From Lepidodermella squamata (Eukaryota > Animalia > Gastrotricha), in assembly GCA_047495785.1 (NCBI GenBank), contig JBLDXI010000038.1, positions 62,001-126,000 of the forward strand: 64,000 bases of DNA, read 5' to 3'. Below are positions 39,933 through 52,346 of the stretch, piece by piece. The notes below the pieces were generated by a model that did no database searches, was not told the origin of the DNA, and worked only from the letters and a program-made list of their open reading frames with translations. Position 1 is the first letter of the stretch. Every line of letters begins with the position of its first letter. A program made the position numbers and the translations under genes.

Positions 39933-42681
39933 TTTTTCGAGGCTTTTCTGTGTAATCACTGATAACGTCTATCTCTAGAACAAATAAAAATATCAGGTGA
40001 TTAGAAGTGGTGTGGTCGTGCCGAGCCACGCCTTCCTCAGAAGTCGCGTGGTGCAACATCCGGAAGATCGCGAGCCAACGAAGGCGTCGTAAACGCGTGG
40101 AAAATGAGAACGGCCCGGCGAGTGAATTCGTGCGCTGCCAAGTCTATTGTGACTCAAAACCAATGACCATTCAGTTTTACTTCGTAATGAAGTCGCTACT
40201 TCACGTTGTCAGGCCACCTTACTAAACGAAGGCCAAATGACTACTAGCACCGAACAGCGCGAATGCTTTTACATATTCGTAGCCGCTTACTTACCACAGC
40301 GATATGCCATAGCTTTTATATGTACATATACATTTATATATGGCGGCCGAGCCGCTTTGAGCCATGTGTGTATGCGTGTTCACGTGTAAACAGAGATAAG
40401 AGAAAAAAACGCGTGCAGATATTCACGTGAATTCAGAAAAAAAATGCCGCACATCACGGTGCTATTATTACGTGCTCTTTCCACACGAGCACATAGAGCG
40501 TTCGCGGCCTTTCTTTATGAAAAATTACTCCGCTTCATACTACGCTAACTACGCTTGCGACTGACGGCGGGATTGTTCTCCTCCACACTCGTTCAGAATC
40601 AATTGCATTGTTATTTTCTACCCACGCATTTTTAATTTACTCTAACTTCCACCGCCCTAACGTGGAAAAAATTTTCAACGGGCGAAAACTGCAGATTAAC
40701 GGTGTAAACATCAAATAATTACATTTTATTGTTTCTTTGATTAGAAAGACTAAAGAATGAAAATGGGAGTTAAGTAGAGATTATACGAATAAAAAGCTAT
40801 ATGAAGCAATAAATCGTATTAGCCGGGTGACATGGTAATTTGTTTCAACTACAGCCATCCATCAATGGCTCTCATACAAATAAAGACAATTCGTAAGCCA
40901 AAAAGCGATTCCGGTACAATCTACTTTCAAGTAATTTGAAAAGACCACAACTGGCGCATGATCATTATTACGCAACAATTCCATTTCATTTTACAGGAAA
41001 GTGACCTAACACCGGAATCTTTTCTTGTGTCTCATGTATCTTTGAGTCAAGACTGCCAAATATTCAAAATAACTTCTAAGCTATAGAAAACCAGCAAAAC
41101 AGACTTTCAAAATACACCGCCGTCCTGAAGTATGAAGCAAGTCATCCGATTCGCTTAATAACAGTTTATGGTTTATGTTACTTATTCGATCCCAGTTGAG
41201 AGATCCGAATTGATTTTAAAAAACGAGACAATATCAAGCCCCTTTCATAAGTAACAGTTTCGTAAGTTCGGAGCATTTTTAGTAAGCAATTATCCCCCCT
41301 CCCCCCTGAAGAATTTAGCAATGATACATGGAGAGTATAAAGCACAAATGAGTGAGTTGTGTCAACTTTAAACTATTATCTATTGCTTCTTAAAAGATAA
41401 TTGCTCAAGCTGGAGTGCTAGATAAACTATTAAAAATGAAGTAGTTTGGAAAAAAGTATTCCACAAATTCCGAGTATTCCGATTCACAAAAGGAAATGAT
41501 GCAAGGAGGTAAGTTGTCATCAGAATCTATGTAGGTCAACTAACACCAACAATGGCGATTCGAAATTCGTCCGCGCCTATTTTCCGAATGGTTGCCAATT
41601 ATCGTACTAATCAGTCGTCGTTGAGAAATGAGAATACAACAGAATCATTATTATTTCAGCAATGGAAATCTCGCAGTGGCTACAATATGGGATTACTTCC
41701 TCATGTAGCACACTCATACGAAGGTTCCTTAAGGCCGGAGCAATTGCATTTCACAATAACATGGCCCCGATGAATTAAAAATACAATTCAGATACGGTTT
41801 GTTAAGTTCGTCTTTGAACGTTAATCGGAAGTTACAGCTTACATCGAGCTAGGAGCGAGCATACTCCTGCCGCATGAAAGATTAGCTCGAGTAACTAAAA
41901 GCGAACAACACTTAACACCGAGAGAACGGGTGATCCCAAAGCTCAAAGAAGTAACAAGGAAAAGCACTTCAATCATGCATAATCATCATTTTCATAATGT
42001 TCAATACTCTGAGACTTCATGTGCTGGGATAAAAGATTCGACAGCTTGTTGATCATCCCATAGCGGAGGGTGTGTACCGAATGATTATTCACGCGATAGA
42101 AAACACAAAGCGAAGCCAAAAACTGGGGAAGTGTTCACGTGATCAAAAGTTAAAATTTTGCAATAAGGTTTAAAATTTAATTGTTTGCATAAATGGATAT
42201 TAATTATATAATAACCGTGAAAAATGCACGTGAACGAATGCATGCGCGGTAAATTCGAAAAGCACAAAAAGAAAAAGGACAAGTCCTGCGAAACAAAGAA
42301 AGATTTTGTCTTGTTGAACGGGGCACTTGTTTGGTTTTTGATCTTAATCCAGTAAAAGATACTCAGTGATCAATTCTGCTATCACTGTTGAGGATAAAGA
42401 ACCATGTATAGTGGTAAATGGCACCTAATCTGAGATCGATAGCGGGAATCAAGCTCATTGTTCGTTGTAAACTGGTCTCTTTTTACTTATTGGAGTAATA
42501 TCAGCCTGTGATTCATTGCTAAAAGTGTTGAATCATAAACATGACATTTGAGCAAAATAAATGTATATTATCAATCGTGAAATGACGTTCCTATTTTGGC
42601 CATTCCGATTCGTCCGATTCGAAATGCATGGCGGGAGTGATTAACCACCCGATCGATATTGCCTTACAGTGACGCAAATTA

Positions 42682-42844
42682 CAGTGGAACCCCGATTTCC
42701 CGTCACCTGATTTCCCGTCTGACGGGAAATGTAAATATTTAGGAACGACTTGGACCCACAGAGGGCAATTACGTGCAAAACTACCGGGATTTCCCGTCAG
42801 GATTTTCGTGGAACCGTAGAAGACGGGACATCGGGGTTCCACTG
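42682..42844. mobile_element. 163-bp Tigger/pogo-type MITE
   Basis: 23-bp TIRs CAGTGGAACCCCGAT(T/G)TCCCGTC, TA duplication on both sides, internal GATTTCCCGTC repeats. Confidence 0.88.
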
Positions 42845-45800
42845 TATGCGTTTACTAAAATGGAGATTGAATTATGCACAATTCAATGTAACGAATCCAA
42901 CGGTAACACTTGTAGTCTGTGTGATGCCGAGATTCGGCAAAACCATGGAAAAGTCGTCTCGATTTCATGAAAGTGCATTTCAAGTGACCAGGCGGGACTT
43001 ACTAACGCACGTATCAGGGACTTAGCGGCATATAGCTTTTTAAGTTAGCACGACTGTAAAAATGTGTATCATGTATCATAAAACTGACCGACTTCAAGAC
43101 CGGCTATCTATAACTCGCGATCCCAAGTTATTAGCGTTAGCCTTTATAGACTTAGGTGTTCGGCTTATTATTGGCTGCAAAATCTTTTCCCATGTCAAGC
43201 TACCTTTCCGGCGAAATATGCCACTTAGCACGCCACTATCTACTTCAAGTATTGCTAGATAACAATCAAGAATAAGGATGAATAATCAAATCGGATTTTC
43301 AATTTCCAACACGATTAGGCTCTTTTGGCCTTGAGTTGACTTTCAGTTTTGCTACCTGATCTTTAGCTTGTCTGCACTTCATTTTAAATTTCAAATTATG
43401 CCAAGTTGTTTATGGCCTGTCATCTGCGGCGAAAGTTACCGCTGATACTTGGAAATTGGAATGCTGCTTGGAAAGCTTTACCGCGACATAAAGTTTTACC
43501 TCCAAATAACATGTCACCAAGCTTAATTTCAACTTTTTAGGCAAAACCCTAAGGATGTCCTTGAGATCTAGGGAAGTATCATGGTTTAATAAATGTCTGC
43601 ATCGTATGCAAAGGAATGAGGTCACTTTCCCTTCCGCCTCAGGACTTTATAAATAGAAGTTGTGCCCGAAATCCGCATGTCGATTCCGATAGTATATTCG
43701 GTCGTTATTGCTTTATTGGTCATGTGACGCTGCACCTCATTACTTGTAAGTTTTTAGCTGATAGATGCTGAGTATTACAAGTGCATCTTCAGCTCGATGG
43801 AAAGCTTATAGTAAAATGTAAAATACCGCTTATATAACATTTTATGAGGTACACCACTATACCGTATGAAAAATGTATATACGATGCAACAAATAATGGT
43901 AGAAAATGCAAATAGCATGGCGTCACTGAATATTATAAGAATTTTTGTTATATTATATCTTACATTATCAGCGATGAATATTTGGTTTTATGCGAAGTTA
44001 CATTCTTCGTGAATTTTCAGCCTATTATGGGCTCATCGAACGTTTCTTATGTTATATGGTGACAGTGATCGTGGTGTCTTGTCGTAGGACTATCGATCGC
44101 GCCTGCCGCAAACAAAGGAAAGAACATGATGATGACAGCAAAAGATAATACCGCGTAGCTGTCGCCCCTTGCTGATCAGCGCGGTGGCGATGAATAATAT
44201 CGCGGCTGATTTTCGAGTCGAGTCTCTCTTCGCGCAGCTATTTCATTCCGCTTGGCATAGTTCGCTGCATCGCGGATGCGCATCGACGACAGCAGACGGC
44301 ATCGACTATGCTAGATCGTGCATAATGTTTTATCTATACCATAAATGTCCAACATGTTGTAGTGACGACTTGCCGGCATAGCATTAGCGTTGCTGTCAAT
44401 TTGTTGCATTTGCATCGCGATCGAGAGAGAAAGGGAGAGACATGCAACTCACAGACAGAGAGTTTTGCGGATGCACCGCGTGTAAATTATCTAATTTGGC
44501 CGCTACTATTCTGATGCTTGGCCAGCTTTTCATTCGTCGGCGATGAAAAAGCAGTCGACAACGGCGCGTCACCACGTTCTTTGCTATGCTTTATATGTGC
44601 CAATATGCGCCAATTGCCGATTTCCCCGAGGTGTTCTGCCCGCTGCTGATGTGTATAACAAAGTATATATCAATGTGCTCGATATTTTGTTGTTATTATT
44701 GTTATTATTATTATTTTATTATATGGCCGAAATATCTTTGTATCAGTACTTGCGATGGCCTTTCCTCTACGCGTTCGCGCACTATTCGGCGCCGTTGTCT
44801 TTCATCTTCCATTGTGTCGTGTGCCATGCATCGGCACTTCCGCAACGCCGCAGACACACTCTAGTATTTCATTGCAAATTTTATTGGATGATTTTTTTCT
44901 CCGTCTCATCCTCCTACCCCGTCTTATTCTTGCTCTTCTTAGTCATCGGCTTTCATGTGAATTAGAGAAAAGTTGAGAGCCGCGGCCATCATCATTGGCG
45001 CTTGTACATGAAATGGGATGAGCCGCGCCGATGAAGAAGACAACTAGCGACCATAATTCATCCTCTTGTGACGCCGAGAGACGGGGATGAGGACAACGAT
45101 GAGAAGTTGACTGTTGCCGCATCAAATGATACCGCATGTATCTACATGCGCTTCGAGAGTAGTAATAGCATTTAAATTTTAGTGGTCGACTTGCTTGATA
45201 ATAGGAATATTGGAAATTCTTTCTTTTGCTCTTGTCCTCGTTCTATCTTTTTAGCCGTGTTTTATTCGCATCATCCATCAGCAATCAGCCGGTCTTCTAC
45301 TGTACTGTCACCACTACTATTGTTATTACGAAGGCAATAAAATAAAAGCCATGTTCGGCGATGTCGGCGCAGAAGAGCGAATTTTGCCTGTAAAATGCAA
45401 TATTACCACGCGGACAGGAACACAACGACGACGAGAGACAAGGCGCAACGACAAGTGGATGCCGGGATCTATTCTACATCGCGGAATTCGATGGGCTAGC
45501 TACTTTTTGTTATTTTACAATAAAATAATAATAATAATAATGATTTTCGAACATGTACTATTATTACTAGTTTCGCCGTAACAATTTTTATTACAAGCAG
45601 GCAGATAACAGCCAGTGGAGACCGTCATCAGGCATCATCATTTCCCGGCAGTGGCGAATAGTCTCATTTTGCCCAGGTCCGGTGTAAGTGCGTCGCCCAT
45701 CAGCAATATTTTATTCCTGCGCCGCCTAAATAATAAGTTATTTTTTATTGCTGCGATGACTAATTTGCAAGACAAGGCCTTCTTGCTCCGCGACAACATC

Positions 45801-46290
45801 ATCGCCGCTCTCCCAACAGAACACGTCTTACATTTCATAACTTTTTCACCCAATATTTAGGGCCTTGTTTTCTTTTTTACGTATAGAGCTGGTTCATGGC
45901 TGTTACTGTTATTACTTTTTAAAAATTAGCTACTCAACATCCCTGAAGGCCCGCCTTGACGCAGCGGTTCCAATGCGGCGGCGTCTGCTTACTTCACCTG
46001 CTGCTACGCATGGGTTGGAACGTCGCCAGTACGTACCCATCAGTACTAGCCGCTGCTGCGCAGTAGCCGAATGCGCCGGCCGCCTGCTTTGAAGAAGCTG
46101 TATACCTCAACTAGCTCCAGTTATCGATTATCGTGCTATTTATCGGCTTGTATCAATTTCACAGCCGAACCTCCGTTGACTGCCGTTATCCACCAGCCGG
46201 AGTCGGGAGGCGGCGATCCGCCGTCACTCGTCGCCAGATCATCACACAAACACCTGTTCATTATCGCTGCTGATTCTATAGCGAACGAAA

Positions 46291-48632
46291 ATGCCTGGCG
46301 ATACGATGCGAAATTACTGCGAGAAGAAGCGCATGCTCGTCACGATGACAGTTGTGCTGAGCAGCGTCTCTTTCGCCATGCTCTGCACCGGAGTGCTCAC
46401 CGATTACTGGCTGCACAGTCGCGAGCAAATCGGCGAGAACACAGGTGTGAACGGCTCCGCGACCTACCGCGTTGCTCACTCGGGTCTTTGGCGGAAATGC
46501 TCGGCGATGGAAGGTAAAAGCAGCAATCAATTCCCTAATGGTGACCCATTTTTTTTTTAAATTTCGTCTAGGAGAAACTGTGTTTTGCGAAACTATTAAA
46601 TATTTTGGCGAAACGGACGATGAACAAACCGATTTGACACAGCAGATCGTTTGTGAGTTTGACTATACTAGTTGAAATTTTCGTGAAATTAATATAATTA
46701 CAATTCAGTGTCCATTCGACGTGCCACCGTCTTTCCTCTTATTTGCATTGTATTACTGCTGGCTGGCTCTGTAATTTGTTTCATTGGTCACTGCAATTAT
46801 CGGCACAAGTTTTTGACATTCATCTCCGGCATATTGTTCATATTTTCGGGCTTATTTAACCTTGTCGGCATCGTGCTGTACATTGGCAGCGTGACGCAAG
46901 AGGTTGGCAATCGAAAGCCGAAAGAAATGGAAGAAAATCCGCGTTTTGTCTACAACTACGGCATATCATTCGTGCTCACAGTGAGCTCATTTGTGCTCAG
47001 CGAATTTACGGGTGTTATTTGTATCTATTTGTACATCTCTCGCCATAAGGTAAGGTCTCGATTTCATTATGATTCATGCGTTAAGTGTACTTTTTTCACC
47101 TTAAAAGTCTGCTCTGCGGAAAGTTCAGTCTAGAGCAATGCTACAAAGAAGTCATTCTGAAGCTGATGTTGACGCAATACGGAGGCGCCGCGTTCAGTCC
47201 GAAGGTGGCATGTCGATGATGTCGACTCCTGCCACACCCACCGGTTCCAGGGCAGCCCCGGCCAGGCGATCATCTAACGAGCAGCAACTACAGCAATCCC
47301 AAGGACAGCTCGCAATGCAGAACTCACAACCTTCGCAACCGTTGACGTCCGCTCTTCGTAAACCAGCCATGTCGATCGGTGAACTGCGACCCATGTTGGG
47401 CAATCAGACACCGTTGATGTCGACATCTGCACCAAGATGGTGTCCTCCTCCCCCGGTTCGCTTCGTGCCAGGCAGTGCAGGCGGTGGAACTCCTCAAGCT
47501 GTTTCTTGGCGATCACTACCTCGAACACTTTCTCAGCCGCTGTCGAATAACCAGCAGCAGCAACAGCAACAGGCTGCCTTTGAGCGACAACGGCAAATGC
47601 ATTCTGGAATTTCAATGGAAAACTCCAGCTCAGGTAATTAGACCTTTCGCGATCTTACATTGAAATATTTGGCGTGTTTTTTCAGTTGGCTATACTGCTC
47701 CCACTGATGATCCCAATATGTCTCAACAGCAACCGCCATCTAGGACTCATCGTCACCATCATCGGCGGTCGAAAGACCGCAGAACTACTGCCGAGGTGAC
47801 TAATGAGGGCCTATATCGCGGTGGCGGGCTAGTTAGTCCCGATAGTAACACTAGTGACTTGCATCAGGCCTCTCTGCACCAACAGCCGAGCACTTGGAGT
47901 GGCACTAGTCGTACATCTACCTCGTTTTCTGTTGCATTCGCGAACTCGGGCGGCGGGATGGCGCCTAACCATGTGAGCAACCGGGTAACTGCTGACTATC
48001 ATCCCTCGTCGCTACTTCAGCAGCAACAGCAGCAACTGCCGCTTTCGTCAGTTTACGCCAAATCGCCGCCATCACAGCAAAGTACCGCATCACATTCCCA
48101 ACAACCGCCACAAAACATGCCAACTCCCCACCAGTTTTGGCGCATACCACCGCCTATGTCGCCGACTGACATAACGACGACGAACGATGATGTATCTTCG
48201 TCGACAATCGTCGATCGGAATATTAACGCTGCTGGTCCGTCGGCGCCGACCTATCACACGGCGCATGACAGAAATGCTAGACACGTTCACAAGATCAAAC
48301 ACAAACAGGGGCATAGTAGATCTCAAATGCAACAGTATGACAGAACTTCCGGTGCTGGTGTAGGTCCGTTTGACTTCGGCGATAGTAGTGGTGATCAAGC
48401 TGGCTCAATAGACGCCGTGACCCATGGCTCGAATTCAAGGCGATCCCAGACCACGGCCGTGCTTCGGCAACAACGCGTGGAGCTATACGAACCTCCAGCA
48501 ATGATGGTAGCGGGTACATCATCGCTTGCTAGGTCGTCTCGTTTGTCCTCGTCTGATACAAAGGGCAGAACAACCGATGCACCAAAAACCCCATCGCAAT
48601 TATCTTCTCATCGCCGAACCACGCCAGTGTGA
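46291..48632 (+). CDS. Stargazin/TARP (CACNG family) AMPA-receptor auxiliary subunit
   Basis: Multi-exon. TDYWL, HSGLWRKC, RRATVFP, GILFIFSGLFNLVGIVLYI, YNYGISF, SEFTGV; long low-complexity tail ending in RRTTPV. Confidence 0.9.
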
Positions 48633-49817
48633 ATTGTAAAGATTTATAATTCCAATATCATTCACTTATTGCATCTCATTGTAAAGAAATTGACAGCGTA
48701 CGTATTGATGTCAAAATTGTGCTACAACATATTTTTTCAATGAATCTGAAAAGCTAAAAATAATCGAAGACAAAATACTTATCAATAAGCCATGAACTCT
48801 CGGCCGGCATCTGTGAATGAATATATTTGCCAGGGCCATTCAAAAAATGGAAGACTTGCGGTTTCTTCCAAGCTATGCTCCATTAGGCTTTGGTAATTAA
48901 TTATTCACATTTTTCGTGGGTGATGAACAGGGATTAATTTGCTACCACTTGTTCCCTCTGATTGTTTCTTCATCTTTGCCAAATTTCGTTACCAAGCGTT
49001 TATATAGTTGCAACTCAATTTTATTTTGATATGTATTCATCGAAAGGAAGCTTTTAATGTCGTATGTAAATTTTCATTCATGAACGAATCAGCAGCAATA
49101 ATCATGTGGAACTACAATTGATCGAAATAAAAAATGAAATGGTTGATTTGACCGATGTTAAATTTTCACGCTTAAACCACTAGATTCTTCATGACGAGTT
49201 GCGAGTGACTTCACTCGCCATTTTTCGGTTTAGAAAGCTTAGGTGAGAGCTAAAGGAGATGGAAATTCCGACTGGCGCATAGTCTCCAGTCTCCACCGTC
49301 TTTGACCACGGATAGCAAAAGGCAAAAGCGAATCATCCTAGTTGCATTGACCACCACTGTGATAGTCGTGCTAGAGAGGTATTCAATGATAACTACGATG
49401 TTGATAGTGCCTCTTCGGAGGAAAGGGTCTCTGCGCGGCTCACCAAAGACCAAAGGCCTAATCAACAATGACAACACCTGAATCGCCAAATTTTCGATTT
49501 TCCATGGCTTCTCGCGCTTTGAGTTCAGCCGAATTCGATGCAACTCTGGTGGGTGATACTTTCAGTTATAATTAATCACTGAAGAGTATTTTTGTCTCAT
49601 TTTCATGCGTGACTAAGCTTCAACATCGACGATTGCTTGACGGAGTGACCTCCTTGGCACTTTCAAGCTCTCGGAAACTGAAAACACTCGGCAAACAAGG
49701 AGCGCTATTTTGTATGCGCTTTTGCGTAATATAATTAAATATGTTATTTGTGTCCAAACTGTATTGTTTGTTTTTTAATTAATGTGAAGTATTTTTTTTC
49801 TCACTGTAATAACAGTG

Positions 49818-49831
49818 GTCTCCTGGGTAAC
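49818..49831 (+). promoter_or_regulatory. RFX X-box upstream of FAM149
   Basis: GTCTCC-TG-GGTAAC fits the X-box pattern GTYNCC-NN-RGYAAC and lies about 175 nt upstream of the ATG of a ciliary gene family member. Confidence 0.55.
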
Positions 49832-50003
49832 GTGTACTGTGTTGTCCCCCTTATCCGTCGGCCCCCGATTAATTCTTTGTCGTACGTGGGTGTTTTACGC
49901 GCGTTTCCTGTCGTTTTAACTAATTAATCGGCTATTTATGACTTCTTCGTGGGATTAGGCGTTCAGCTACGCGCAATGGCTCTCTAGATAAGACCACCTT
50001 CCA

Positions 50004-52346
50004 ATGGCAGCTATGCGCTTTCAGCGCCGTCAACCTGGCGGTTTGGAAGTGTGAGTTACTTTAAATGTTTATTTCGCCTCTTAAAGCTGCGTTGAAATAT
50101 AGGCGTGGGGTGTCTCGTCAACGTGTTTCGAGCCCCGACACATCATTGGATTTTGACAATGGCCGTGTAAACTCGGCTTTGGTGCAATCAAACTCCCTGA
50201 ATACACGTTTGCAGATGGAAAACATTTATGGCCACAATGCAGACTTTGTTCATGGTACACTGGATCTGCCCCCTCCTATAATAACCCCACCCATGGCGAG
50301 CCCTTCTTCAGACGACGAATTAGAAGCGAGAGGGCCTGCTGATTGGACTACTGGTGCTATGACTGAACGCTCCTCGGTTTCCTGGATGGATGAATTTGAC
50401 AAACAAACAACAAAAACAGTGGAAAGGATGTTCCGTGAAATTGACTATGCTCTCTACGAGTCTCGTGAAACTAGTCAATCCAACTTGTTGTCTACCTCCG
50501 ATGCACTCGGTCAGGAGTGTGAAGATTGGTCGTCAAGCTTTCCTCACATGCGAGTGATGGGGACGTCGTTACCCACACCAAATTCATCTATGAACAAGAA
50601 CAGGGACCGTCAAATTTCAACTCCCATTCTTATGGGGTTTCAAGAAAGAGTTCCCAGGTATTTTTACATGCTAACAGTGAATAGAGTTACCTTTTCTCGC
50701 ATCAAAGAGCTCTTCTCTCTTTGTTTTCTGCGTACCAGTTTTATTCGTTTGAGTTTGAATGTGAAGATGGATGATTATTTTTCTCCATGTTCCATTAGAT
50801 CGCCTTCTCCGAGGGGGTCCAACGATGCTGACTCTGAAGTCGAAACCGTTTTTGCCATTGATGGTAAAAATGCCGAAGTAGCTAGAACTACCAACATTGT
50901 TACAGCGCCCCACGAAGAGCACAGACGGTCACAGATTTCTCTCCCATCAACTCTACACTCTACAAGATCTCGCATGGCTCCTTCGCTTGCCACCGGAACA
51001 CCCATTTTGCGAACTAGGGAAGACCTTATTCGACAGGTGAGCTCTTACTTGAAACATTCCACTATTTAAACATTTGAGTGATTCAGCTCACCTGGGAAGC
51101 AATATGGCCTGTGGTTGCACGCTGCATTAGACCACTGCTATTAGCTTTGAAAGCTGACAAAGTCCACTCAATGTACAGCACTCCTGTGCCAGATAGCAGT
51201 AAGCTACAAACTGCGATGGGCGTCGTTGGTCAATCATCATCGGTTACAACGAGCCGATTAGCTCAATCACGTCCGATGGGTGCGCCATTTTTTACCTCTC
51301 CCCCGAAAAATACGGTTGGCCAGCCGCCTGTTTCTACTGGAACAGCTGAAACTCAAAGGCATCTCGGAAGCCTATTACTTATATCAAGCAAACAAATAAA
51401 CACCCGAAAGCAAGATTCGATCGAGCCCGGTGGGCCGATTGTTCCTATTCAGTTTCAATCTCCTCAATTACAACCGTCAGCTCCGCCGGTTTTATCAGTT
51501 GCGCCTGCAGCTCAGCCCCAAACAAATCGGGCATCTACAAGCCAGCAACAGCGGCCAACTTCTGGTGCCAGAGTGCCTTCTGCATCAGCTCGTGGAAGAC
51601 TTGGCCGCGGTAGGCTTCACCCTATGGATCGACCCAAGACACCATCTGCATTGGTTTGTCCAGATTTATACCAGGGGAATAATTATATTAAATTTTCTTT
51701 ATTTTAGCAACAAGATGATTATATTTTTGATGGATTGAGAGGTCAAAAGCTCCATACAGCAGCTGAGCTCCGACCTCAGCAGTCGAGTTTTGGTGGAATT
51801 TTAGCAATGCCAAAGAACAGCCCATTACCGCCGTTGCACCACTCTTACGGCGGTTTAGCGAGCAGTGGTATAGGAGCCTTACCAAATGTAGTCGGGACAG
51901 CTCAATCAACAGGCGACTTCCTCTCAGTCGCGCCAGTAGTAGGAAGTGCTGCCATGGTACGAGGCGCAGTTCAAAGGCCTCATGGTGTTACTTCTTCAAG
52001 TCGGGTTCCAAGCGCAGCCGTTAACCACGAGCGACCTCCTCCGACCTTCAGAATGGCAACCGATGTCTTCAGCGGTCCAAGCTTGACCAGTGTTTTGGGA
52101 GGCCGGCCGGTGCTTGGTTTGCCCCAGTCTAATAACAGCTTATACGTGCTGAACAGAAGTAGCACGTTACTGAATGTCACCGGCGTTGGGGTAGTTGGCG
52201 GAGGCTCTGCTTCGATGGACGAATTCGAACGGTTGGCAGCAAGTGGGTCTTCTGGAACTGCAAGAGCCCCTGCTACAGCGATAGGAATGGCTCGTGCTTC
52301 TTTAGTAACATCGTCTTACGCTAGCGGCCATGCAGCTGGTCGGTGA
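50004..52346 (+). CDS. FAM149B1: FAM149 family protein (DUF3719)
   Basis: First exon from 50004 joins as LEV|RGVS. TERSSVSWMDEFDK..VERMFREIDYALYE...ECEDWSSSFPHMRVMG. Downstream exon boundaries are approximate, and A versus B1 is unresolved. Confidence 0.8.

Noticed and set aside
40360-40490. E-box cluster upstream of MID1IP1 as a carbohydrate response element
   Set aside because: CACGTG sites are present but not at the 5-nt spacing of a ChoRE.
48848-48872. TGGAAGACT resembling the miR-7 5' end
   Set aside because: The rest diverges from miR-7 and forms only a tiny local hairpin, not a pre-miRNA.
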